Below are positions 9,477-17,420 of a stretch of DNA of 64,000 nucleotides, one piece after another. The number at the start of each line of letters is the position of its first letter. Position 1 is the first letter of the stretch. Source of the stretch: an uncultured Acidobacteriaceae bacterium (lineage in GTDB: Bacteria > Acidobacteriota > Terriglobia > Terriglobales > Acidobacteriaceae); the NCBI GenBank assembly GCA_963782175.1, contig CAWAIX010000010.1:154399-218398 (forward strand), read 5' to 3'. Under the pieces are notes generated by a model. That model worked only from the letters and a program-made list of their open reading frames with translations. It was not told the origin of the DNA and ran no database searches. The translations under genes were made by a program, and so were the position numbers.

Positions 9477-9878
9477 CATTTGAACCCAGAAAAATCTCTA
9501 AGATGGAACATTTCCTTTTGGAAATATTCAGAATCGTGGCGGAGTACATCCTTGGCCCCTTGGCCACTGTATGGCTGACCACGAAGCTGAATAACAAGCC
9601 CAAAGCTTAGAAGCTCAGCCAGCCAATTCCCGGACAAACTCCCTAAAAATTGCGTCGGATTGAACTGGGGATTCCGGCCCCAGGGGAGAGCTGCGCCTTT
9701 TTGCCGATTCCGCACGGTGCGGGATTTTCGCCTTTGCCTTTCGCCTTTGCGCTGTGCGCAGGCCCGGATCTCCGAGCGCGTCCGCAGCCCTCGACCTGGC
9801 TCCGTCCTCCCATTCGCCAGCCACCTGAATCGCTCACCAGGCCCCTGGGGCAGTACACTTGCGAGTGAGGGTTTAGCC

Positions 9879-10253
9879 ATGAGCGGCGAAGACGTATTGC
9901 TTCGATGCAGCGAGTGCGGGCAGGAATTTCCGTTTACCGCGACGGAACAGCAGTTCTTTCGGGAGCGTGGTTATACTCCGCCCAAGCGCTGCAAGTCATG
10001 CCGCCAGGCCAAGCAGGCCGCGGGTTCGTATGGTCAGCAGGATAGTGGACGCCCGGCAGGCTACAGCTCTGGTGGGGGTGTCGAAACAACGGTCGTTTGT
10101 GCTAGCTGCGGACAAACCACCACTGTTCCTTTTGAGCCGCGCGGAGATCGGCCGGTTTACTGTAAGAACTGCTACAAGCCGAAGCAGGGCGGACGAGGTC
10201 GTGGCGGTAGCAGCGGAGGAGGAAATCGTGGCCAGGATCGCCGCCGCTACTGA
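9879..10253 (+). CDS. Double zinc-ribbon protein (zf-trcl-like plus CxxC-x17-CxxC domain) with a Gly/Arg-rich tail
   Basis: CSECGQEFPFTATEQQFFRERGYTPPKRCKSC, then CASCGQTTTVPFEPRGDRPVYCKNC (exact CxxC-x17-CxxC spacing). ATG 9879 follows gtGAGGGtttagcc. The upstream part of ORF 9660-10253 looks non-coding. Confidence 0.7.
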   Translation: MSGEDVLLRCSECGQEFPFTATEQQFFRERGYTPPKRCKSCRQAKQAAGSYGQQDSGRPAGYSSGGGVETTVVCASCGQTTTVPFEPRGDRPVYCKNCYKPKQGGRGRGGSSGGGNRGQDRRRY

Positions 10254-10298
10254 TCTTCTTTGACAAGCCGGTTTTCCGAAGCCGAATGCTCAAATGCT

Positions 10299-10392
10299 TG
10301 GATCGCCCCCTGGTGTTTGCACTCTTTGCACTCACCACCCTCAAGCGGCGATAAACGCAAGCCTCAGCGTGCAACAATGACCTGTTCGGCAG
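10299..10392 (+). repeat. Copy C of the mraY 3' end plus downstream spacer (diverged, carries a 1-nt deletion)
   Basis: ttggatcgccccctggtgtttgcactctttgcactcaccaccctcaagcggcgataa followed by acgcaagcctcagcgtgcaacaatgacc. Both align with 8197-8293. Confidence 0.8.
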
Positions 10393-10454
10393 CCGGCCGG
10401 GGACAGCAGAAGTGTGCCCGAATTCCCACGATGCGCGGTCAGCCTCTAAACTCG

Positions 10455-10469
10455 TGAGCATGGAACTCA
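10455..10469 (+). repeat. Left copy of the 15-nt direct repeat bounding the island (attL-like core); a duplicate of the murD start region
   Basis: tgagcATGGAACTCA here versus tgaacATGGAACTCA at 18699-18713 (14/15 identical). An abrupt AT-rich stretch follows immediately. Confidence 0.7.
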
Positions 10470-10507
10470 TCATAACTTTCTTATTATCAGTTATTTAATT
10501 AATATTA

Positions 10508-10530
10508 AACTGTCAGCAAGATGTCAGCAA
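10508..10530 (+). repeat. Candidate integrase arm-type site, left end
   Basis: aactgtcagcaagatgtcagcaa lies about 40 nt inside the left core. It resembles aactgtcaacaagctgtcaaac, which lies about 35 nt inside the right core. Confidence 0.4.
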
Positions 10531-10836
10531 TGCCGCTTTCAAAATTTTGTGGCTAGAGAAGTTTTTCTAGATCGCGGTCCCCAGCGGGGCGTTCGATCTG
10601 GTTTTTGAACCACCCCTCGGGTTGCCTATGGATCGGTCGGCTTCCTGCATCCGGTTAGCAGGTCGGCATTAGGGCCTAGGTCTCAAGAGAGGGCATCAAG
10701 GAATCCATACTGGAAGTGCTGGAAAGTCTGGCATGCGCATTGGGCTGATCTAAAATGCTGACGGGGTACAACGGTTTTGGACTTTTGGGTGATTTGCACA
10801 CCTCTCATCCCTGTGAGCGCGTCTGGCGTGAGCTAC

Positions 10837-11052
10837 ATGATCAACATCTTTCCTAGGGAGTATCACGGACCTATCCCGGTACGGCGCTATCTTCACCCGA
10901 GCGAATTCAAGGTCGCCTTGGCAACCTTGGGATTCAACGCGCATTCCGTTGAGGTGATCTTTGACGAGATGCAACTTGGAAAGAGCCACGCTGAAGGCCC
11001 CGTTCCGCTGTCGGAGGAGGTCGCAGATAAATTCGGTTGGCCGAACGGCTGA
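10837..11052 (+). CDS. Hypothetical small protein (island cargo)
   Basis: ORF 10777-11052. The ATG at 10837 gives MINIFPREYHGPIPVRRYLHPSEFKVALATLGF.... Composition looks protein-like, but there is no recognisable domain. Confidence 0.3.
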   Translation: MINIFPREYHGPIPVRRYLHPSEFKVALATLGFNAHSVEVIFDEMQLGKSHAEGPVPLSEEVADKFGWPNG

Positions 11053-11148
11053 CCATAAGCGACGCCTTCGGAAACTCGCACCACTTGCGCGTGAAGAGCA
11101 GCGAAGATGCGGAAAGCGATATGCTTACTGTCACTCAATTTCAGCAAC

Positions 11149-12265
11149 TAGTGACCTGTCGCAGAGTAAACATTACTAGTCCTGCTTACATCTAAGCAGG
11201 TATGTCCATCGATTCGGTGGTGCTCAGCGAAGACCAGCAACTGGAACTCAGCCGTAGTGCCCAGTCCCGCTCTCTGCCCGCCGGATATGTCTTCCGCGCC
11301 AGGCTGATTCTGATGCTGGCCGAGGGAGCGTCGTTCAATACGATCAAGCAGAGGTTGCGGACCACAGCGCCGACGATCAGCCGGTGGAAGCGGCGCTTCC
11401 TTGCTTCGGGTATGGATGGCCTGGATACGAGTCATCCCGGACAGTCCGCTTCCGTGCTGACTCCTAAGCTGCGAGCCCGGATTCTCTCGACTACCCGCAA
11501 GAAGCCGAGGGACGGTTCCACTCACTGGAGTTGTCGCAAGCTTGCCGCAGCGCTGGGCGTCAGCAAGGACGCAGTGCATCGGGTGTGGAAAGAGGCCGGC
11601 CTGAAGCCGCACCGCCTGGAGCGCTACATGGCCAGCGACGATCCGGATTTCGAAGCCAAAGCCGCTGACATTATCGGGCTGTACCTGAACCCTCCGCAGC
11701 ATGCTGCCGTGTTCTGTGTTGATGAGAAGACTGCCATTCAGGCACTGGATCGGCTCGATCCGGTGCTGCCGCTTTCGCCGGGCCGCGCCGAGCGCCACGG
11801 ATTTGAATACTACCGGCACGGAACCCTCTCGCTGTATGCGGCGCTGGACACCGCGACCGGCCGCGTTCACGGCAAGACCGCCGCTCGCCACACCAGTCGG
11901 GACTTTGTCGGTTTCCTGAAGGAGGTTGTCTCCCTGTGCCCGCCCAATCAGCAGATCCACATCATCCTCGACAATCTCTCGGCTCACAAAACCGCGCTGG
12001 TGCGGGAGTTCCTGGAGCAACATCCCCGCGTCCGGTTCCACTTCACACCCACCTACTCCTCATGGCTCAATCAGGTCGAACTCTGGTTCGCGAAAATCGA
12101 GCGGGAGGTCATCGCCCGCGGCGTCTTTACCTCCGTGCCCGATCTGGCCCGCAAACTGCGCCGCTACATCAACGCTTACTCAGCCAATGCTCAGCCTATC
12201 AACTGGAAGTACTCCGACCCTTCTCACCGCATCCGCAGTAACGATCTCTCTGCGACAGGCCACTA
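11149..12265 (+). mobile_element. IS630-family insertion sequence with flanking TA duplication
   Basis: Terminal inverted repeats: gtgacctgtcgcagag (11151-11166) versus the reverse complement of 12248-12263, gtggcctgtcgcagag (15/16). TA on both sides (11149-11150, 12264-12265). Single DDE transposase ORF. Confidence 0.88.
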
Positions 12266-12266
12266 G
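11202..12266 (+). CDS. IS630-family DDE transposase
   Basis: 354 aa. N-terminal HTH (LMLAEGASFNTIKQRLRTTAPTISRWKRRF), then CVDEKTAIQAL, HIILDNLSAHKT and TPTYSSWLNQVELWFAKIERE. Confidence 0.9.
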   Translation: MSIDSVVLSEDQQLELSRSAQSRSLPAGYVFRARLILMLAEGASFNTIKQRLRTTAPTISRWKRRFLASGMDGLDTSHPGQSASVLTPKLRARILSTTRKKPRDGSTHWSCRKLAAALGVSKDAVHRVWKEAGLKPHRLERYMASDDPDFEAKAADIIGLYLNPPQHAAVFCVDEKTAIQALDRLDPVLPLSPGRAERHGFEYYRHGTLSLYAALDTATGRVHGKTAARHTSRDFVGFLKEVVSLCPPNQQIHIILDNLSAHKTALVREFLEQHPRVRFHFTPTYSSWLNQVELWFAKIEREVIARGVFTSVPDLARKLRRYINAYSANAQPINWKYSDPSHRIRSNDLSATGH

Positions 12267-12509
12267 TCTTCTGTACGGCATGGATGTGGCCCCTTGGCAC
12301 TCTGCTCAGTCATCAAGAGTCGCAACCAAAGAGCGTCGAAGGCGCATTGCTTTTCGGTGGTGCTTGGATATTTTGCGGTATCAGGCTTTATGTCAAAAAG
12401 AAGTGGCCGTTCAACAGGCCGCAATAGGGGCCATGGCTGGGCTTCGCGATGGGGTCCGGGTGTCGTGGTCCAAGGGTTGTTACCGACGTGGATACAGGGC
12501 AGAGAGGAT

Positions 12510-12538
12510 TTGACATGTCCAAGCATCGGGAGTATAAT
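12510..12538 (+). promoter_or_regulatory. Consensus sigma-70-type promoter (TTGACA-17 nt-TATAAT)
   Basis: ttgaca at 12510-12515, a 17-nt spacer, tataat at 12533-12538. It points into the 3' end of the minus-strand Rep-like gene (antisense). Confidence 0.4.
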
Positions 12539-12731
12539 GCCTCTCTCCCAGAGTGCCACGTTGCACCAGAATGCCCGTAGATCGCGTCAGGATGCCCTAC
12601 AAGCAATTTTTTCGACTCAGGTGAGGGGAATGCGTCACCCGAGATGCATCGACGCCTTAAATCGGGTCGCCACCGCACAGTATGCGGTTGATCCAATAGC
12701 GAAGGCTGGATCGGTGCCCGTGGGGAGGTGT

Positions 12732-13492
12732 TCAGGCCCGGAGGTGGAGAGGGCCGAAGAATCGCGTCACGCCTTTGAGTGAATCAATGCGGCGGATGAA
12801 CTCGTCAGGATCGGCAAGGAGAGCGCGGTAGTTTCTAGTGATGTTGCTCGGAGTCGCCCACTTCGTGCAGTACCGGACCAGTCCAGCAAGATCATCTTCA
12901 GTGACGCCAGCTTGGACGGCTACGATGCTGGCGTGCTTCTTTGGCTTGGTAGGTTGCCTTCTCTTAAGCGGCACCGTCATGTCACGCCTTCGAGCCAGCG
13001 GACAGGCGGCCTCCCACATGAGAATCCAGTCAGGTTCCGAGATGCGGTAGCGTCCCTTGTCTAAGGGCTTCGTGATTACGAGGCTGTGAACATGGGCGCA
13101 CGGCTTAACTCGTCCATGCTTCAGGGCCACTTCGAGCACAGAGAAGTGAGCGACCACGCGAGAACGAAGTCGCTCATGCTTGAGCAGGTTCCGCATTCCC
13201 CTCACAGCAGCCTTAGCGTGAGTGTTTACCTCGTCGCTGTCTTCAGCAGCGCCAGTGAGAAACCACAACTGGTAGCTGGGATGGCTTCGGAGGAGAGCAG
13301 GGAGAACTTGTTCAAGGTGTTCCGCTGCTTGTAGACCTTACGGCTCGTGCACTTTATGCAGTACGCATTGTGGCAATGTTTGTGACCGTAGCAGTCCCTG
13401 ATACGGATACTGTCGCGGATCAGCTTACGCTTCGAAAGGTGACGAACAATGTCAGCGGAGAGACGATCAATCGAGGTGAGGGCTACGGACAC
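12732..13492 (-). pseudogene. Rolling-circle replication initiator-like gene (Rep_1/pUB110-type architecture), split into two frames
   Basis: ORF 13226-13492 carries a Cys-rich CHNAYCIKCTSRKVYKQR. ORF 12732-13268 carries WFLTG, SVLEVAL, an HUH-like PCAHVHSLVI, ISEPDWILMWEAA and VRYCTKW (Tyr motif). The order matches RCR Rep motifs, but the two ORFs are in different frames. Confidence 0.5.
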
Positions 13493-13738
13493 GCTACTGA
13501 GAGGACCCCTTCAAGAGAACCAGAAAGAAGACAAACGAATTTACAAGGATAAAAGAGCACGCGGGGTGTGAACAGCCCCGTAAACACGGGGTTGTTAACA
13601 AAGACGGGTGGACTTCAGGCTTGGTAAGCAAGTCTTATGTCTTAACAAGGTGACACACCGACCCCCTCCCCAAGTTAATGGGTGTAAGGGCAGGATAGCA
13701 CGGCACAGGGAAATGTCAAGAGGCTCGGGCCAAAAAGG

Positions 13739-14812
13739 CTAAGGTCCGGGACGAACCGACGTTGGCGGGCGGTCGTCCTGCTTGAGACTGCTGAGCACCC
13801 GGTCGAAGGCTTTCTGGTACTGGCCATGATCTTTCCAGTTGCTGAAATCGGGAATGAAATACTCCCGGATTTCTCGAGCCGAATCCTTCCCAGTATCCGC
13901 ATCGGGCAACTTCCATTGCTGTATCAGTGAAAAGGCCACCAGACTGATCGGGAAGAGCACTTGGCGGTGTTCATTGACCTCCTTCTGACGTGCGTGGGCG
14001 ATTTCCGTCTCAACCCAGGCACTCTTCATGCTTGCTTCAGAGAGAATCAGCAGAAGCCGGTCGTAGACTCGTATTGCCTCGTCAAGCTGATCATGAATCT
14101 TTCTTCCTGCTTGGATATGGTGTGGGGCAAACCAGCAGCGCACGCCGTTATGTTGCAGATCAGCATAAAGGCGGTCAGCAAAATCCTGATCTACTGTCGA
14201 ATAGCTGATGAAGCACGAATAGAACTGGATCGGCTGATTCGAAAGTGACGGCAAGTAAGTAATGAGCGTCTCGGGGACGCCGCAGCCCCGCAGAAAGTTC
14301 AGCGGCAGTTGGCCAAAGCGAGTTAGTGTGCGGTAGTCGAGCGGGCTTGGCCCCTTATGAGTGCAAGCGTCTAAACCCAATGTCTCTGTCAGGTCTACAT
14401 TGGCAAAGACAGTTTCATCAAGGATCGCCCCACTGAGGTTTGCCCCACTGAGGTCCGCCGCATTCAAGTTCGCCCCACTGAGGTCCGCCCCACTGAGGTC
14501 CGCCGCAAGAAGAACTGCGACACTGAGGTCCGCCCCTTGGAGGTCCGCCCGGCTGAAGTTCACCCTACTGAGGCTCGCCGCGACTAGGTTTGCCCCACGG
14601 AGGTCCGCCCCACGGAGGTCCGCCCCTTGGAGGTCCGCCCCACTGAGGTCCGCCCCTTGGAGGTCCGCCCCACGGAGGTCCTTCGCACCGAGGTCCGCTC
14701 GACTGAGGTCCGCTTCACGGAGGTCCAGTGCAGTTGTCGAATCGCTTGCCCGCCATTGGTTCCACGCCATCACCCCTTGCCGGATGCGCTCCAAGTGTTC
14801 CGAGTTCGACAT
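13739..14812 (-). CDS. Pentapeptide-repeat / TIR-domain fusion protein
   Basis: About 20 consecutive A(D/N)LxG pentapeptide repeats, then a TIR domain: YSCFISYSTVDQDFADRLYADLQHNGVRCWF...RLLLILSEASMKSAWVETEIAHA (SxWxxxE glutamate present). Start taken at MSNSEHLERI (14812); the ORF extends to 14977. Confidence 0.85.
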   Translation of the reverse strand: MSNSEHLERIRQGVMAWNQWRASDSTTALDLREADLSRADLGAKDLRGADLQGADLSGADLQGADLRGADLRGANLVAASLSRVNFSRADLQGADLSVAVLLAADLSGADLSGANLNAADLSGANLSGAILDETVFANVDLTETLGLDACTHKGPSPLDYRTLTRFGQLPLNFLRGCGVPETLITYLPSLSNQPIQFYSCFISYSTVDQDFADRLYADLQHNGVRCWFAPHHIQAGRKIHDQLDEAIRVYDRLLLILSEASMKSAWVETEIAHARQKEVNEHRQVLFPISLVAFSLIQQWKLPDADTGKDSAREIREYFIPDFSNWKDHGQYQKAFDRVLSSLKQDDRPPTSVRPGP

Positions 14813-15007
14813 GCAAGCCAAGATACGCGGCGGAAGACATAGCGGAAAAGAATTAAGAGAACGAATCGACTTCAACTTGTCGCTTTCGGTTTGGTAGCTT
14901 TCCCTCTGTATCAAAAAAGGGTGCCCGTCGCGACACGAATTGGCGTGGATTTGAGACTCACATTTCGGGTGTTGCAAATAACGACCGTTTTATGATACTT
15001 TCTACAC

Positions 15008-15601
15008 ATGAGAACAGCGATCTACGCCAGAGTATCCACGAAGGACGGTCGGCAGGACACCGAAAACCAATTGCGGCAACTTCGGGACTTCGCAGCTACT
15101 CAAGGCTGGACCGTGGTTCACGAGTACGTAGATCGCGCCAGCGGAAAGCGTGGTGACCGTGAGCAATTCCAGAGGATGTTCGGAGCGGCATCCCGGCGGG
15201 AGTTCGATGTGCTGCTCTTCTGGAGCCTTGACCGCCTCAGCCGTGAGGGCACCGTAGAGACGCTTAACCACCTGCAACGGCTCACGGGCTACGGCGTGAA
15301 CTACAGATCGTTCACTGAGCAATATCTCGACAGCACGGGGATGTTTAAGGAGGCAGTCATCGGCATCCTCGCGGCGGTGGCAAAGCAAGAGCGCGTGCGG
15401 CTGAGTGAGCGTACGATCGCAGGTCTACAGCGTGCTAAGGCTCAAGGTAGAGTTGGCGGTCGCCCGAAAACCGAAGACAACTCGACGGTCGTAAAGGCTC
15501 TTCGGCAGTTGCGGCGAGAGGGTAGGAGCATCCGCGCAATCGCGGCTCAGTTGAAGCTGAGCACCGGCACGGTGCAAAAGCTAGTAAAACAGGCAGTCTG
15601 A
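15008..15601 (+). CDS. Serine recombinase (resolvase/invertase family)
   Basis: MRTAIYARVSTKDGRQDTENQ (catalytic Ser context), LLFWSLDRLSREG, and C-terminal GRVGGRPK plus an HTH. Confidence 0.9.
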   Translation: MRTAIYARVSTKDGRQDTENQLRQLRDFAATQGWTVVHEYVDRASGKRGDREQFQRMFGAASRREFDVLLFWSLDRLSREGTVETLNHLQRLTGYGVNYRSFTEQYLDSTGMFKEAVIGILAAVAKQERVRLSERTIAGLQRAKAQGRVGGRPKTEDNSTVVKALRQLRREGRSIRAIAAQLKLSTGTVQKLVKQAV

Positions 15602-15618
15602 GGGACGGATTCGGACAG

Positions 15619-16500
15619 ATGCCCCAAATCTCCCAACGCACCGTCGCTCTGATGATCCCTCTTTACGGGGCGCTTGGCTGTTTTGATCCCACATATCGAA
15701 ACTTGAGGAGCGGAATGGTCCCGCTCGTGACGGCCAGCCAACTGAAGAATCGACTGTATGCGCAAGGTTTCGACACTGCGATTTTGGGCTTCTTTCAGCA
15801 GCAGTCGTGGAAGTTTGACAGGATTCTGCCTTCGCTCCTCGACGGGTCATTCATCACTTCCGCCGATTGGTCAACCTCTTGGGAACGCACGGGACCTCAG
15901 TACGTACTTGGTCTGGCGGAGGCACTCTTGGGGATTTCCCGGCAACCTGAGATACCTCACTCTCCCCTTTTCGATGATCTGTTGAGGGAGTTTGAACGTG
16001 ATGGTTATGTTCTCAGCGGTGGGAGACTGGTTGAAGCCGACACATCGATAGTGGATGTTCCTGCCGAGGTCTCATTGCTTCGCGCCTCCATCGATAGAAG
16101 TCGCCATGACAATAAGTCGGTGCTCACGCATCACTTCGATACGGCGGCCCAACAGCTGGAGGATGAGCACTGGGGTCCAACTATGGGTGAATGGCGGAAG
16201 TTCTTCGAGGAAGTTCTGCGCGGCGTCTGGCGGTTCACCCGTCAGAAGAATCGTGACGCAGCAGCGAAGATTGAGAGACCTGGAATGGCTGATCTCTTCA
16301 AATGGTTGCAGGAGGTCGGATTTTTTACGGCGGATGAAGCCACGGCATATGGCGCGGTCTATGGATTTTTATCTGGGGGTAATCACCCAGGTATCAGGGA
16401 TAGAGATTCAGCACGATTTTGTATGATACTCGCGATGACGTTCGGGCACTCTTGCCTTCTGAAACTGGAGTCCTGGACAGGAACGGACTACTCAATATGA
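15619..16500 (+). CDS. Hypothetical protein (293 aa), co-oriented with and 17 nt after the resolvase gene
   Basis: Long ORF with protein-like composition. I recognise no domain. Start codon uncertain. Confidence 0.5.
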   Translation: MPQISQRTVALMIPLYGALGCFDPTYRNLRSGMVPLVTASQLKNRLYAQGFDTAILGFFQQQSWKFDRILPSLLDGSFITSADWSTSWERTGPQYVLGLAEALLGISRQPEIPHSPLFDDLLREFERDGYVLSGGRLVEADTSIVDVPAEVSLLRASIDRSRHDNKSVLTHHFDTAAQQLEDEHWGPTMGEWRKFFEEVLRGVWRFTRQKNRDAAAKIERPGMADLFKWLQEVGFFTADEATAYGAVYGFLSGGNHPGIRDRDSARFCMILAMTFGHSCLLKLESWTGTDYSI

Positions 16501-16763
16501 CCACTGCCAAGGAACTCATTGATGCCTGCGAAATACGAAATAAGGGATGGAGGTACCGCGAACAGTTTTGGCTGGCTGAGATCGGACTCCTTCGGGATGT
16601 AGTTGGGTAGCCGCAATTCCTCCGCAGTAAAGGTGCAAGCGGTCCCGGGGGTCAGACGAACAATACTTCCGGCCCACTCGTCGCTGCATGTACCTGCTGT
16701 CGCCGCTGGAAACCGCAGGGTCTCCGAAGGGTCAGCAAAACTGACCACGGGGAAGCCTCCGAT

Positions 16764-17420
16764 TCAATGCAATTGCGGCACTCGAATGGACTCCCAAACC
16801 GCAAAAGAAACAAAGGATTTCGGAGCGTCAGCGGCGGAAAAGTGTGTCTCCGTTCGTTGCAGTGTTATCCGTCGCGATCCACAAGTGTTGCTCAACTCAA
16901 GTTTGCTCCTACCAGTCCCTCGCTGTTCAGTATTTCCCGAATCACGAGTGATGTTGAAGGCGGGATGGCTGCAACCGCATAGAAACGTCACTGCCGTCAC
17001 AGACGATGTGCTCGGGGCGTGAGGTCTGTACTCCGAACTAGTAGCGAGCACGCAAAGGGTATGGCTCTCCGCTTCCAGTGCTTTTGCCCTCGCGTAGAAG
17101 GCGTCAAAGACCGCGGTGGATGAGTTGCTATCGCCCTCAACCCATTGTCGATCTATTTGGCTCACAACGTGACCTCTCGTCGAGATCGAGCCGAGCCAGA
17201 CTGGAGGATTCTTCTGCCAAACGTCCCAGTCCACCTGATCACTCGCGGCGGTATCCGCGTCCTTGCTTACGTCGAAATCCCGGCTCAGTGCGGCCAGCAG
17301 AGCATCCGAGGGCATACCGAGGGTCACCGTGTGGTCCCCGAAGGTGGTGGAAGCGGTTTGCGAGGAACATTTCACGCCACAGGTAGCAAGACAAAGAATG
17401 GTGATGACGAGAACTTTCAA
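16764..17420 (-). CDS. Putative secreted protein or lipoprotein, hypothetical
   Basis: N-terminal KVLVITILCLATCGVKCSS signal/lipobox-like sequence. TTG start overlaps the integrase stop (TTGA). The C-terminal third looks low in information and could be frame-damaged. Confidence 0.45.
   Translation of the reverse strand: MKVLVITILCLATCGVKCSSQTASTTFGDHTVTLGMPSDALLAALSRDFDVSKDADTAASDQVDWDVWQKNPPVWLGSISTRGHVVSQIDRQWVEGDSNSSTAVFDAFYARAKALEAESHTLCVLATSSEYRPHAPSTSSVTAVTFLCGCSHPAFNITRDSGNTEQRGTGRSKLELSNTCGSRRITLQRTETHFSAADAPKSFVSFAVWESIRVPQLH

Noticed and set aside
9476-9880. A 134-aa minus-strand ORF overlapping the start of the zinc-ribbon gene.
   Set aside because: The Arg-rich, low-information sequence (…RKGERQRRKSRTVRNRQKG…) is typical of an antisense or intergenic GC-rich frame. 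No RBS and no domain.
14426-14725. Possible CRISPR array or minisatellite, suggested by the regular short repeats.
   Set aside because: The units are contiguous 15-mers with no spacers, and they lie in frame within a coding sequence that encodes A(D/N)LxG repeats. This is not a CRISPR architecture.
14361-14897. A 178-aa plus-strand ORF rich in APLRSA repeats.
   Set aside because: It is the antisense reading of the 15-nt pentapeptide-repeat units of the TIR gene. Its periodicity is fully explained by the minus-strand CDS.
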